From Octopus sinensis (Eukaryota), in contig NW_021832860.1 of NCBI RefSeq assembly GCF_006345805.1, positions 32,401 to 96,400 of the forward strand: a stretch of DNA of 64,000 nucleotides, in the 5' to 3' direction. Below the pieces are notes generated by a model, which saw nothing but the letters and a program-made list of their open reading frames with translations, made no database searches and had not been told where the DNA came from. A program made the position numbers and the translations under genes. The stretch's first letter is position 1; each line of letters opens with the position of its first letter. Shown here piece by piece: positions 39,653 through 55,228 of the stretch.

Positions 39653-41640
39653 TACCGTATATTTCTGCGTATGAGACGACCTTTAAATAAGACGAGGTCA
39701 AAGTTTGTAAAACAATTTCATGTATTTACCTCATATCTGTAGTATAAGACGACTGCTAAATTACAAAACCATTTGTGTACAGGCTAGCTTTTACAACACC
39801 AGATATCTTTAGAAATATTGCTCGTGTAAAGATGATGTTATTACAAGTGTTTTTATTACTTACTGTATCCTTAGAAATTAAAATAAACGAAACAATAAAT
39901 CCATTTCTATATCATGTTTTTTCATGATATAGGGAACCTGGTCCTTCTTTATCGAAACTTTATCGCTTTCATAACAACAGCTAACAGCGATACGAGAATG
40001 GTGGTTATATGCATGAAGTATTCTAAACAGTTACATTCAACCTGGTGTGTTAATAACCTATTTCTTTACTACCCACAAGGGGCTAAACACAGAGGAGACA
40101 AACAAGGACAGACAGATGGATTAAGTCGCTTATATCGACCCCAGTGCGTAACTGGTACTTAATTTATCGACCCCGAAAGGATGAAAAGCAAAGTCGACCT
40201 CGGCGGAATTTGAACTCAGAACGTAGCGATTGACGAAATACGGCTACGCATTTCGCCCGGCGTGCTAACGTTTCTACCAGCCCACCGCCTTCCGGTGTGT
40301 TAATAACCATTTACTTATACTTCATATAAAATCACAGACTGCCTAGTCAAGTGATAATCATTTTATACTCATCCCAATATGCCACCACCAGACCAAAGAA
40401 GAAGAATTGAATGTTATAGCAGCTGTCAAGAGTTCGAACAAGTGTGCAGTTACCGAGAAGATGGCATAAGAATGGAGTAGGAATGAGGAAAAATTAAGAT
40501 AAATGCACAAACAAAAATGTGCAATGAGGAGAGGAAGCAGTCGTTGGCTGAAGTTGGAAAAGGATGTAGCAGAATGGGTTCCCCAGCAGAGAGAAGATGG
40601 CTACATTGTAACACGAAATAAAATAAGATCTTATGCCCTAAAATGGGCTAAATCATATAAAGAAGAAAGTAAATATTTTTAAAGCAACAGTAGGTTGGTG
40701 CAATCATATTATGAGCAGAAAAAATTTGGTAATAAGGGAGAAAACAAAAATCGACCCCAAACTCCCGAGAGATCTCGATCACAAAGTAACCAGTTTTCAC
40801 CCGTTTATCATTCAACTGAGAAAAAGGCATCAGTTTCCATTGTCTCATATTGGAAATATGGATGAAACTCCATTAAACTTTGACATGCTGGGTAACAAAA
40901 CGGTAGATTTGAAATAAATAAAAACAGTGCACGATAAAAGCACAAAATGCCAGAAAACGAGGTTTATGGTGATATTATCTTGCATGGCTGACGGAACAAA
41001 ATTAAAACCCTTGGTTATTTCTCCATGCGTTTTTGCTCATTTTCCCGAGGAAGGGTGGATGGACGAGAATGATGTGATATAATGGATTGGGAATGTTTGG
41101 AACAGGCGGCCAGGTGGCATACGAAACGAACGCAGTTTATTGTTTGGGGATGTTTCGTAGGCACGTAACGGCAAATACTAAAACCCGGTTATCCAAAACG
41201 ATACTTATATTGCTGCTATTTCGGATGGTTTGACTTCTATATTGCAGCCACTTGATATCAGTTTAAATCAACCATTTAAAGATTGTGTAAGAGAGCAATG
41301 GAATGATTGAATGATAAATGCAGAAAAATCTTTTTTTTCAAATGGTGGAGCTATGCCTACTGCATCACTTGATGTTCCCAGTGATTTTGTTATAAAGGCA
41401 TGGATAAAGTTAAAGTAGAAAATGTGATAAAATCATTTTTAAAATGCAGTATCTTTAATGCCATGGATGGTACCGAAGATGATATTCTGCACAATAGCGA
41501 CGACGAAGTCGAAATCGATTCACCAGAAACCAGGCTGGAAACCTTAAGATGATGGTATATGTGATGAATCTTGCGATATGTATGAGGAACTTTTAGAAAC
41601 AGAGAGTGATGATTGTGAGGAATTTGATGAGTTTTAGACA
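39653..41640 (+). mobile_element. pogo/Tigger-like DNA transposon, decayed (CENP-B-type HTH plus DDE_1)
   Basis: LEKDVAEWV, FKATVGWC, IGNMDETPLNFDM, LSCMADGTKLKP, GWMDEN, LTSILQPLDISLNQPFK, SFLKCSIFNAMDGTEDD. TIR-like taccgtatatttctgcgtatgagacg at 39653. Confidence 0.85.
40059..40290 (-). mobile_element. SINE family A inserted in the pogo element
   Basis: 15-bp TSD ggtgtgttaataacc at 40044-40058 and 40294-40308. Confidence 0.9.
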
Positions 41641-42562
41641 AATTTATGTGGCAGGTTTGATGTTTTATTAACATTATTTATCTTGCTAGGAAATTTTTTA
41701 AAATATATCATGTCTAATGTTTTATTTGCAACTACTGTAAAATAATTTTATTTAAAAATAAAGGTTATGCGTAATCTAAATTGTGTTATTTATCACTAAA
41801 TGATAGTTATTTTATGAAAAGTATAAATATGTTAGTCTAAATGTTATTACTACAGTTATACATCACCATTAAAATTTTTGAAATGTTAGCGAAAGATAAA
41901 CGTTACTGAGAGCGCAACCATAATTCGATGTTTGAATTTCCTTAGCCGAGCTGGCATAGATAAAAGTTGATTTCAGTGATATAGAATTATCTCTCGAAAA
42001 GGCTATTTATTATGAAAATATGCCAATAATATATAAAGTAAAAATGCTTTAATTCATAATTTTGTAATTTTTTATTTTTTTATTATTTTGTTAATCTGTT
42101 CACATCTGTCTGTGGTTATCGCACCGAGGTCGAGGTTAGCTTACTGGTAAAATCACTTAGAATCGTGGTGTTTAATATCTCACGGATCAAAGAGTATCGA
42201 AATTTAAATGGAAATTAAAGAAGGGCGTGATACAATAATGAATCAGACGAATGGATATTATGGTATTTATACACATGTACCATTAGGAAATTTTACTGTG
42301 ATACAATATAATACAAGCAGGTATTATAAACGTGCAATATTGATAAGATTATGCAATGCGTTATGAAAGGTTTCCCAAATCCTCCAGTTATACAATAATT
42401 AAAACAGGAAAAAAATTGATATGCTCATATGTTGAAGTATTTCACAACATAAGACAAAACCAAACAAAGAGTATACCGCTAATTCAAATATGAAAGTGGA
42501 CTGGTATACAATCAGCCAATCAGAAACGAAGGCAGTTTGAGATGTTTAGAAAATTAACATCA

Positions 42563-43358
42563 TGGAAGCACTCCGTCGGTTACGACAACGAGGGTTCCGG
42601 TTGATCCGAATCAACGGAACAGCCTGCTCGTGAAATTAACGTGTAAGTGGCTGAGCACTCCACAGACACGTGCACCCTTAACATAGTTCTCGGGGATATT
42701 CAGCGTGATACACAGAGAGTGACAAGGCCGGCCCCTTGAAATACAGGTACAACAGAAACAGGAAGTAAGAGTGAGAGAATGTTGTGGTGAAAGAGTACAG
42801 CAGGGATCACCACTTTAGGTGTTTTCGCTCAATAAACACTCAAAACGCCCGGTTTGGGAATCGAAACCGCGATCCTATGACCGCGAGTCCGCTGCCCTAA
42901 CCACTGGGCCATTGCGCCTCCACTAACATCATAGAGAATAAATAAAAATAGTATAAAATAAATTGTATAGTTTTATACGCTAAAAATTTTATTTCGCATT
43001 TGTCTTAGTTATTAGGTAAAACAGCATTTTACATACGACGTATCACCCTTCCCGTGAAGGCGAGTGGCTTAATGGTTACGGATATTCTGTTCACAATCGT
43101 AAGTTCATGAGCTCGATAACCGACGGAGCGTTGTGTCCTTAAGCAAGATACTTTATTTCACGTTGCTCCTGTCAACTCAGCTGGCAGAAATGAGTTGTAC
43201 CCGTATTTCAGTGTCTCGCTGAATCTTCCTGCGAACTACGTTAAGGGTATGCTTGTTTGTGGATGCTCAGCCACTTGCACGTAAATTTCTCGATCAAGCA
43301 GTTCCGTTGATCGGATCGATCAACTGGAACACAAGTCGTCGTAACCGACGGAGTACCA
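42563..43358. mobile_element. SINE family C copies, 42563-42922(-) and older 43058-43358(+)
   Basis: tRNA-like heads, shared tail gtcgtaaccgacggagt; taacatcat TSD around the first copy. Confidence 0.8.
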
Positions 43359-44206
43359 GTTATCTTACCACTTTTTCTACTTTAGAAATGATGAATATGT
43401 AATTTATTTAATGATTTTATTAACTGATTTTTTAATAGTTAATTTATAATCTATAATAAATGTGTTGTTATAGTTCAGATTCGGAATATTATAATTTCAT
43501 AATTAATCAAAATATATTTTTTAGCTTGACAATAGATTCTATTTCTACATATAAATTACGGTTATTTTCATTCATTGCATCAAAATAACCTTTCCAGAGA
43601 ATTCAATTTGAAATTTTAATTCCTGTAATTAAACAAGAGTATATTTATGAATTGGGCGCCATTTAAAGCTAAGAACCGCCTGTCTATGCCTAAATTGTAC
43701 ATACGTCTGGGTCTATCTGAACGAATCAAATTTATCTCAATCTACATTTCCCTACGTTTTAAATTCTTTTCTCTCATAGTTTACTATTTTTACAATTGTT
43801 GTTCAGTGTATTGTAAATATAACTATTTCAGTCTCTTAATTTTTTTTTCTCTCTATGCCATTTTTTTCCAAGCCTCTTTATTAATTTGATATTTCTCTCG
43901 TATTGCTATAGTTCAGTCATTTTATTTACTCTACAGTAATTAAACTAAAAATATTCGGGTATTTTAAAACTTTAAGAACACGAATTTAAGCGCTTATCAA
44001 ATTATTTATGATAAAAAATGCATCACACATTACGCAATATAGTTAAATATATTGTCTGTTTGGCAAATGGAACCAGCGGCACAGTTCAAAGCATTCACAG
44101 AATTTGGATTCGATCGTTGACGCCAATTTTAGACCCCCAAAACATGTAAGACAAAGTCGAGCTCGATAAAATTTGACTACAGGACGTATAAATTGACGAA
44201 ATACCT

Positions 44207-44740
44207 ATTTCTTTACTACCCACAAGGGGCTAAACACAGAGAGGACAAACAAGGACAGACAAACGGATTAAGTCGATTATATCGACCCCAGTGCGTAACT
44301 GGTACTTATTTAATCGACCCCGAAAGGATGAAAGGCAAAGTCGACCTCGGCGGAATTTGAACTCAGAACGTAGCGGCAGACTTGTCTGGCGAACGGCGAC
44401 CACAGCAGTTAGCCGTTAAGGAAGCGCTGGAGTGTCGTGATCTTAGTACACGTTTGCGCATCATCAGCCTCGGTATGCTCTGTCTACCATGCAGCGGGTG
44501 TTGACAGCAGGTAGACCATCTGACCATCGGGATGTCTCCCTTCCACAAGAAGGGAAAGAGTATATACCCCCAATGCAATCAGACAGGGACCTGAACAATA
44601 ATGCTTAGCGACATTTCGTCCATCTTTACGCTCTGAATTCAAATTCCGTAGAGGTCGACTTTGCCTTTCATCCTTTAAGGGTCGATAAAATAAGTACCAG
44701 TCAAGCACTGGAGTCTGTGTGCCAAAATTTGAAACCAATA
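44207..44740. mobile_element. SINE A (-), GC-rich LINE-like 3' segment (44381-44601), SINE A (+)
   Basis: Family A cores on both sides; the middle segment ends gaacaataat. Confidence 0.6.
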
Positions 44741-45438
44741 TTATCTTATGTGTCTTAACATAGAACGATAAAGTGTAAGTTTAATGAGATTTGGTTGCTG
44801 GTTTTTAAGAAGATCTCACGACTATGTGCACACCTAATCACACAGGCTGTCTGCTTACGCCGTTGCCTACACGATATAGGCAGACAGGTTAGGGTCAGAT
44901 AATGAACGTCTGGCGGTATGAGGGCAGTGGTAGCAAGTACGGGGAGAGAACGCGATGAGTTAACTTCTTTTTGCTTTAATCATATTTTTTTGTTTCATTT
45001 ATATTTGCAAATTTAAAAAAAAAACGTCAACAAGCCCAGCAAACTATAAGTGGTGATGGGCAATAAATTCATATTGTTAAATATATAGCACCATTTGAAC
45101 AGACGCCGTCCATCATGGAGATGGATGACGTCGACTTAGCCTGGGAGACTGAAGGATGTTGTTGGGACGGACTAAACCGTTTGGGATGGACACAATAGAA
45201 AAAAAATAAAAAAGGAAAGTTATCAATTTTTCCCTCACCATCACAGCAAAAAACAAAAAAATGCAACCAAAAAAATGTAAACAAAAAAACAAAAACAACT
45301 GTCGTCGCCTGTTTAAATTACAAATTATTATTATTTCTGTTTTTGTATCGTGTTTCTTCTTCCATTTTTAGAGCGTTTTACGCTATGACTGTTGTTGCTG
45401 TAATCGCTGTAGCTGTTGTTACTGATATTCGCAGCAAC

Positions 45439-45490
<52 letters not shown>

Positions 45491-45901
45491 ATGGTGGAGG
45501 TGCTTATTATCATTGTTGTTGTTGGGATTACTGTATCGTCTCTATATCCTCACCAACATCGCCACGACATCCACCACTAATACCACCAAAGTCGGCATCA
45601 TCATCATCATCAACAGCATCAGCATCATCACCGCCGTCGTCGTTATCATCATCATCTTCGTCTAATAAAGTTATGGTTAAGAAGACGAAAATCAATAAGA
45701 AATGCAAGCACGCGTGTATGCGTGTATTTGTACGTATATATACATATGTGTTTGGATGCATATGTATATGTGTGTATGCATGTATGTGTATATATGTATG
45801 TATGTATATATATATGTGTGTGTGTATGTGCGCGCGTGTTTGTGTGTATGTATGTGTGTGCATACATATGCATAATATATATGTATTTACATACATACCT
45901 C

Positions 45902-45942
<41 letters not shown>

Positions 45943-45954
45943 CGTGTGTGTGTG

Positions 45955-45992
<38 letters not shown>

Positions 45993-46041
45993 TATTTATA
46001 TATATGTATGTATATATATATATGTGTATATATATAGGTAT

Positions 46042-46085
<44 letters not shown>

Positions 46086-47086
46086 TAATTATATTCATAT
46101 GTATATATACCGCTCTATGTGTGTGTGGGCGTGTGTCTCCATGCGTTCGTTGTCCGTCGCTGAGGTTAAATGAAAAATATTCCTGTCAATTTAAGGTTGA
46201 TTAAAATAATTGCAAAAAATGAACTTGACGCGCACCGTCACAAACACACAGACACACACACAGCCGTATCGTGCCCCCCCCCCCGATGTAACGTCTCAAT
46301 ATCATGGTTTGCCTTCCACTTTGAGAAATTCTCTCCCTGTCTCAGCCTCAAACCTTTTCTCATTTCTTTATTCTACTTTACATATCCATCACCAATTTTC
46401 CTCAATGTCCGTCCAGTCGCTAATTTCTTTCTGTCTCACTCCTCGAATATCTGACATATCATTACAGAAAGTTAATCAGCCTTAATTAATAGTTAAAATA
46501 GTTGACATATCATAGCATGAATAACTATGTAATTAATTCGTCTAAACTGATCATTTCCTGTTAAAATAGTTAATTCATGGAATATTAAATAATTAAAATT
46601 GTGTTAATATGTTTCATTCTTTGTGCAAAAACATTTTGATAAAAACTGAATATGTGATGACGAAAAATAAAAAACAAATAAACATTATTGCTATTTTCCA
46701 TGCCATAAAGGGAGATGATTCTAATCCTGATTTAGTTTTGTTCTGACCTCTTCAGCAAAGTATGTCACTCAAGGCACTTACCGATTCAATGATACAAGAA
46801 CCACAAAATAAATATATGACGTCGTACTTTTGTTGGCATAGAGAAATCGAATGTTTTGCATTGAACCGATAGATTTTATGGAGCGCTCAGTTGTAGAACA
46901 CCAACGAAGCATCGTTCAGGACTAGATTTGAACCTATAGTCTACATGTTCACTAACACAATGTTTTTTTTTCCAATCGAGTACATTAAATATACATTTAT
47001 TAGCAACCGAAAATTTTGCGACTCTTATACTGAATACTGAATACCATAATAAGAAACGGCACAACATGAAGACGGAACTTCTCATA

Positions 47087-47508
47087 GGCGCAGGAATGGC
47101 TGTGAGGTAAGTAGCTTGCTTTACCAACCACATGGTTCCGGGTTCAGTCCCACTGTGTGGCACCTTGGGCAAGTGTCTTCTACTAGAGCCTTGAGCCGAC
47201 CAAAGACTTGTGAGTGGATTTGACAGACGGAAACTGAAAGAAGCCCGTCGTATATATGTATATATATATATATATATATATGCGTGCGTATATATTTGTG
47301 TGTCTGTGTTTGTACCCCCCCCCAGCATCTCTTGACAACCGATGGTGGTGTGTTTACGTCTCCGTAACATAGCGGTTCGGCAAAAGAGAATAGTAGAATA
47401 AGGACTAGGCATACAAAGAATAAGTCCTAGGGTTGATTTGCTCGACTAAAGGTGATGCTCCAGCATGGCCGCAGTTAAATTACTAAAACAAGTAAAAGAG
47501 TAAAGAGT
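47087..47508 (+). mobile_element. full-length SINE family B
   Basis: ggcgcaggaatggctgtg...agtaaaagagtaaagag. Confidence 0.88.
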
Positions 47509-48634
47509 ATACCAAAACAAAAAAAAGGAATCTCGTACGCCATCGACCAAGGATACCCTGAGTAAGCCAGAACGTAGATTTGAAAGAAATAGTTACAAAA
47601 TATCCCTCAGATAATAACTGAATTTCTTATAAAAGGTAATGGAATGTTACATTATATAATGTTTACATAGATGTCGCCAAAAATAAAGAGATAGAATGCT
47701 CATAGATGTACTTCTTTTGAGCAAAAGTCTTCCCGATCATGGATGATCTGGGCTAGACAACAAGAAAATATTGTTTGACAGACAGCTATCTCTCAGGTCA
47801 CGCAGTATACAGGTGTAGTAGCAGTAGAAGCAGCAGCAGTAAGAAAATGAAATTTGTAACTCTGCTTGAAGAAGACAATCCTTATTATACAAAAAGACAG
47901 GATAGTCACGACTGGAATTCTTTTGATAATATCTACTCTATCACGACATACTGCAAGCAACTAATTTTCGCAGTTCTTTCATGATTAGAGAGTACTATAC
48001 AGAATGGTTTTGAGAACAATGTCGTTAATCCACTTAACTGCATTCCCATCACAAAAAAAAAAAATAACGAAAAAAGTAAGAGATACCTTGATAGAAATGC
48101 ATCACTTATTTAGAGAACCTGTGTTCAAATTCCGTCGTCAATAACTGAGTTTGCGGAAGAAACTAAGCTCTATCAATAATAGCGTTATTAGACAAGCAGC
48201 TCAAAAATGAGAGATGGTGGGGAGAGAGAAGAGGTTAAATAGTTGTGTGACAAATACTTTTGGAGTTACAGAGAAATATCAATTACATTATGAGCCGTCA
48301 GAGTGTATTAAAATGATTTTTAAGAATGATATAAGCAGACGACGAAAGAATAAATTAAATAAGCAGTCATAATGAAAAAAGAAATGGAAGGAAAAATGGC
48401 GCAAAAAATGAAAAATTGAAACGGTCTTCATACGTACGCACTGAAATAAAGTAACGAAATGAACAGAAGAAAAAAAGACAAAGGAAAATAATAAATGGTA
48501 ATGAAACTAACTAGCAGACGACACAAAAAATATCAAAATCAAAGAAACAGACGATATATATAAATGTGAATACAGCAGGCGACACAAAGGATAAACTAAA
48601 CAAATGACAAACATCAGTCTACCAAAATACAACA

Positions 48635-48731
48635 GAAGAAGAAGAAGAAGAAGAAGAAGAAGAAGAAGAAGAAGAAGAAGAAGAAGAAGAAGAAGAAGAA
48701 GAAGAAGAAGAAGAAGAAGAAGAAGAAGAAG
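48635..48731 (+). repeat. pure (GAA)n microsatellite
   Basis: About 32 units. Confidence 0.95.
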
Positions 48732-49001
48732 AGTGAGTTAATTAATTAGGTGTAAAGTGTTTTATGCAAGCGAAACTGAGTTAAGTGTATTGCTTAAAGG
48801 CAAATAGCGGCGCCTTGGGCGACACAAATGTCACTGACCCACGAGTCACAAGTTTAAAAGCTGGCTTTCTTATCAACTCAACTACTGCACTCCGCAACTA
48901 CAATGATGCATGTGTGAAGACATGTTCTTCATTTCCTTATGTGTATGTATTCGTATATATAACTGAATGTATATTTGTGTCTATAAGTGTGTGAATGTGT
49001 T

Positions 49002-49032
<31 letters not shown>

Positions 49033-49188
49033 GAGTGAGTGTGTGTGTGCGTGCAGGTGTGTGATATCATGTGCATACTTCTGGGAAAAGTGAGGATTTG
49101 TATATATACACATGTACCGCTTCTATGCATGTATGTGGATATATACACTTATATCTAAACAAAAAATTAATACATACATAGACATATG

Positions 49189-49238
<50 letters not shown>

Positions 49239-49630
49239 AATTTATGCATGTATATACGTGTACACACACGCACACACACACATATATATATATATATGAG
49301 TATATGCATATATCTATACATATGTATACACATACAAATATATATGCACACATATTTGTTACTGTTTATATTCCTTTCTTATTTGAACATGACTAAATCA
49401 TATTTTCTAACGATTGAAACCAGTAGTATATTTTGATAAAAATGTGAATATTTACTTTCTTTTATCCATGTTAATTAAATCCATTAAAGGATCTTCTTTT
49501 CGTTTATAATGTAAATTTACTCGTGTGAAACCTCTCAACCGTTTCAATATTGAACACAATATAAGTATTTGTACATATACATACATGCACTCAAACATAC
49601 ACACAAATATACATATATCTTTATCAATGC

Positions 49631-50177
<547 letters not shown>

Positions 50178-50200
50178 ATAGTTAAAGAAAACAGATAGGC

Positions 50201-50266
50201 TGCCGTGACCAGGATTCGAACCTTAGCTACCAAAACGTGGGGTCCTAACCACTAGATGATCACGAC
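50201..50266 (-). pseudogene. tRNA-His(GTG) pseudogene
   Basis: gtcgtgatcatctagtggttaggaccccacgttttgg-tagctaaggttcgaatcctggtcacggca aligns by eye to metazoan tRNA-His, with a mutated anticodon and deleted 3' anticodon stem. Confidence 0.8.
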
Positions 50267-50779
50267 CACTTGTCCCACTCCAACTATATATATATTTGAA
50301 ATTTATAGGAAAGCAAAAGACGAAGATAGGTGTACGAACAACAAGCAAGTGTATTAGTTTGACGGTCTGAAAAGATGAAAAAAGTATTTTACGTTTCGAG
50401 TCTACGCTTCTCAGCAAAAAGGAATAAGAGAAAGCAAACACAGAGACAATGACTTGATAATAAAGAATAGATCCAAGTATTGAACTAGAAGGTAATGCTT
50501 CCTATGTACAGAATTCTGCCTTTCATATCTAAATTTAAAAGTTGACCGCATAATCTTTTCAAAAATTTTGAGTACCGTAAAATAACGGTTTTTAACTTTG
50601 GCAGTTACACATCATATTCTGTCGGTTTTGGAATATGAAAGTCAAACACCAAATTAGAGTGAATTGAACTCGGACCATAGCCATGATTATTTTTTGTCCG
50701 GTGATCTAACATTTAGATTGGTAAGTTTAGAGAATGGGTTCTATTAGTGGTAAAATATTGGCATCCGGTGGCTGATTTG

Positions 50780-51830
50780 CAAGCTAGCAGAATCGATGGC
50801 ACAACCGAAGAAAATGCTTAGCGGAAATACTTCGGCCTTTACGATCTGAGTTCTAATTCCGGCCGAGCTCGACTTTGCCTTTCATCCTTTCAGGTTTGAT
50901 AATATAAGTACCAGCCGAGTACTGGGGTCTATGTATTCCACTTACACCTCCCCCTCCCCCACCACAAACTTACAGGCCTTGTGCCAAAATTTGAAACCAA
51001 TATTAGTCATACAGAGGGCGGCGAGTTGACAGAATCATTGTCATGCGAGGCAAAATGCTTAGCGGCATTTCGTCAGCCTTTATGATTTGAGGTCAAATTC
51101 CGATCGAGGTCGACTTTGCCTTTCATCCTTTCGTGGATCGATAAAATGAGTACCAGTTGAAGACTTGGATCAATATAATCGATTTACACCTGCCCTCCCG
51201 AACCAGTTGGCCTCGTGCTAAAATTTGAAACCAGTGTTAGTAAAATATCGGACATATGTCGTGAGGCTTATAGTCGAATAAATTAGACCCCTTTACGGGA
51301 CTTGATTTGAACACGGAACCTGTAGAGAAGTAACTAAATGTTTACAGTATTATGAATATTTTCATGGCTAATTGTGGTTATATTCCTCATCTGATATCCA
51401 GTGCTACATGTAACTGTTGCATTTATTTATTCAACCCGTTGTATATTGCATGCGTAGCTGTGTGGTAAAATGTTTGCCTCCCAAGCACTTGGTTCCGGGT
51501 TCAGTCCCACTGCGTGGCACCGTGACTAAGTGTCTTCTACTATAGCCTCTGGCCGATCAAAGCCTTGTGAGTATATTTGTTGGGCAGAAACTGAAGGTAG
51601 CCCGTATGTGTGTGTGTGTGTGCGCGTGCATCTTTGTACCAGTGTTTGTCGCCACCACCGCCTGACAACCGGTGTTTGTGCAATAACATCCACACATCCC
51701 CGTTTACAAAAAGCAAATATAAAATAAAATAAAAAAGTGTTGCAGTTGATTCATTTTACTAAAAAATTCTTCAAGGCGCTGCTTCAGCATGGCCGCAGTC
51801 TAATGCCAGAAGCAAATAAGAGATAAAAGA
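50780..51830 (+). mobile_element. two old SINE A copies (50780-51240) and a SINE B copy (51452-51830)
   Basis: Family motifs present. Confidence 0.7.
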
Positions 51831-51847
51831 TAACAAAATAAAATTTA

Positions 51848-53048
<1,201 letters not shown>

Positions 53049-53060
53049 ATAATAATAATA

Positions 53061-53091
<31 letters not shown>

Positions 53092-53111
53092 TAATAATAA
53101 TAATAATAATA

Positions 53112-53143
<32 letters not shown>

Positions 53144-53153
53144 TAATATTATT

Positions 53154-53184
<31 letters not shown>

Positions 53185-53190
53185 TTATTA

Positions 53191-53224
<34 letters not shown>

Positions 53225-53263
53225 TATTATTATTATTATTATCATTATTATTATTATATTAAT

Positions 53264-53705
53264 AAGGCGAAAGTATTTGACAAGCTTAGAAAATATAAGG
53301 CGAAATAATTTGACAAGCTCAGAAAATATAAGGTGAAAGAATTTGACAAGCTCAGAAAATATAAGGCGAAAGAATTTGACAAGCTCAGAAAATATAAAGA
53401 CCTGCTCATTGAAATTGAGAAAATGTGGCATCTCAAGGCGGTTACAATACCAGTGATCGTAGGAGCACTAGGAATGATCAAGAAGGGAACCGAAAATTAT
53501 ATGAGGAGGATCCCTGGCATTGTTGATGTGAGAACTATTACTACCCATGTATTTTAATTTAACTTTATTTCTATCAAAAAAAAAAAATGAACGAACTAGT
53601 GAGTTTACTTTAATGGCCTACCAATGTATACTATGAGTTCCTTTGCCCTAGGAGTCGGGAAGACACTCGGCAAGAAATGGAAGCAAATTTGAAAGAAGAA
53701 GAAAA
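53264..53705 (+). mobile_element. Dong-like LINE 3' fragment with four 33-bp repeats at its 5' end
   Basis: KAKEFDKLRKY x4, then KDLLIEIEKMWHLKAVTIPVIVGALG. Confidence 0.8.
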
Positions 53706-54019
53706 ACCCATAAATATTAATAATAATGATAATGACGATGTGATGATGATGACGACGACGACGATGATGATGATGATCGTGATGATGATGGAATGGGTCA
53801 GAGATTACTGAAGAAACCGTTCAACATACATAAGGAAAATCACCAGAACGGTTGTCTTTATGTGTCAAATATTGACAAATGGATGGTAAGAGAGAGAGAA
53901 TTGGGGAGGGAGGAAGAGAGTGATGAGAGTGATAGCAGGAGATAAAATAGAGATGAGAGAAACGAATGAGTGGGAGAGAGAGAAAGAATCGATGATAGAA
54001 ATATAGATTGATTGGTAAG

Positions 54020-54071
54020 AGACAGATAGACAGATAGATAAGCAGATGAATTGATAGTTAGATAGATAGTT

Positions 54072-54110
<39 letters not shown>

Positions 54111-54134
54111 TAGATAGAGAGATAGATATGTAGG

Positions 54135-54191
<57 letters not shown>

Positions 54192-54294
54192 TAGATAGAG
54201 AGACAGACAGATAAGTAGATAGATATATAGATAGATAGGTAGGTAGGTAAATAGAAAAACAAATAGAAAGATAGAAAGATATATATATATATAT

Positions 54295-54371
<77 letters not shown>

Positions 54372-54405
54372 ATGATAGATAGATAGATAGATAAATAGAT
54401 AGACA
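54020..54405 (+). repeat. (GATA)n/(GACA)n compound microsatellite
   Basis: Seen directly; a similar tract lies at 61818-62000. Confidence 0.9.
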
Positions 54406-54946
54406 AAGATGGCGGAGATGAAATAAATGGAGGTAAGCTTATGACAGAACAGATTGATGGGTAAGGTAGATAGACAGATAAATAGGTAGATAAATAAATA
54501 GAGAAATAGAGAAATGGGGAGAGGAGCGAAGAAAATGAAGAAGGGGAGAGGGTATGAAATGAAAAGAAAATAGAGATGAGAGATGCTTCGAGAAGGAGAC
54601 GCATAGATAGAGAAGTAGTGAGAGAAACGTTGATAGAAAAAATAAAAGATAAACTAAGAGATATATTGACAGACAGATAAATAGATAGGCAGAAAAATGG
54701 ATGAGCAAGCTCGGTGAGAGAGAGGGGGGCTGATTGGAATAAAAGGAGGGAGAGCATGTTGGAATGATTGAAATAAATCGGTCATCTGACCGTTATTGTT
54801 AGTCAGCACTTTGATCAAGCAAAACCACGAAGCCCACGTTTGAAACCACTTAACTTAATTAGCCAGCCAACAACTGTATCTGTTCCTCTACTGACAGAAG
54901 AGTTCATTTTATGTTTCTTGTAGGGGTGTCAGGGTATATTATATGA

Positions 54947-54978
<32 letters not shown>

Positions 54979-55228
54979 ACTGTAGATTAAATTGTTTCAA
55001 TATATGTATATCTGTTCCTCCACTGACAGAAAAGTTCATTTTATGTTGCCTGTAGGGGTGTCAGGGTATATTATATGAATGTGTTTGTGTGCGCGATAGA
55101 TTAGATTAGATGTATGTATGTATGTATGTATGTATGTATGTATGTATGTATGTATGTATGTATGTGTGTTTTAAATACTGTGTCTCGTATATAGGGTTGA
55201 ACAGCACGTTCACGTCTGTGTGTATATA

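Noticed and set aside
44440-44475. Minus-strand CTGATGA tgcgc AAA cgtg TA
   Set aside because: No GAAA, no stem II and a poor stem I.
45060-45912. 189-aa ORF and a nearby short exon-like stretch
   Set aside because: Low-complexity AGT/TCA/TG repeats with no recognisable domain; a small exon cannot be excluded without RNA data.
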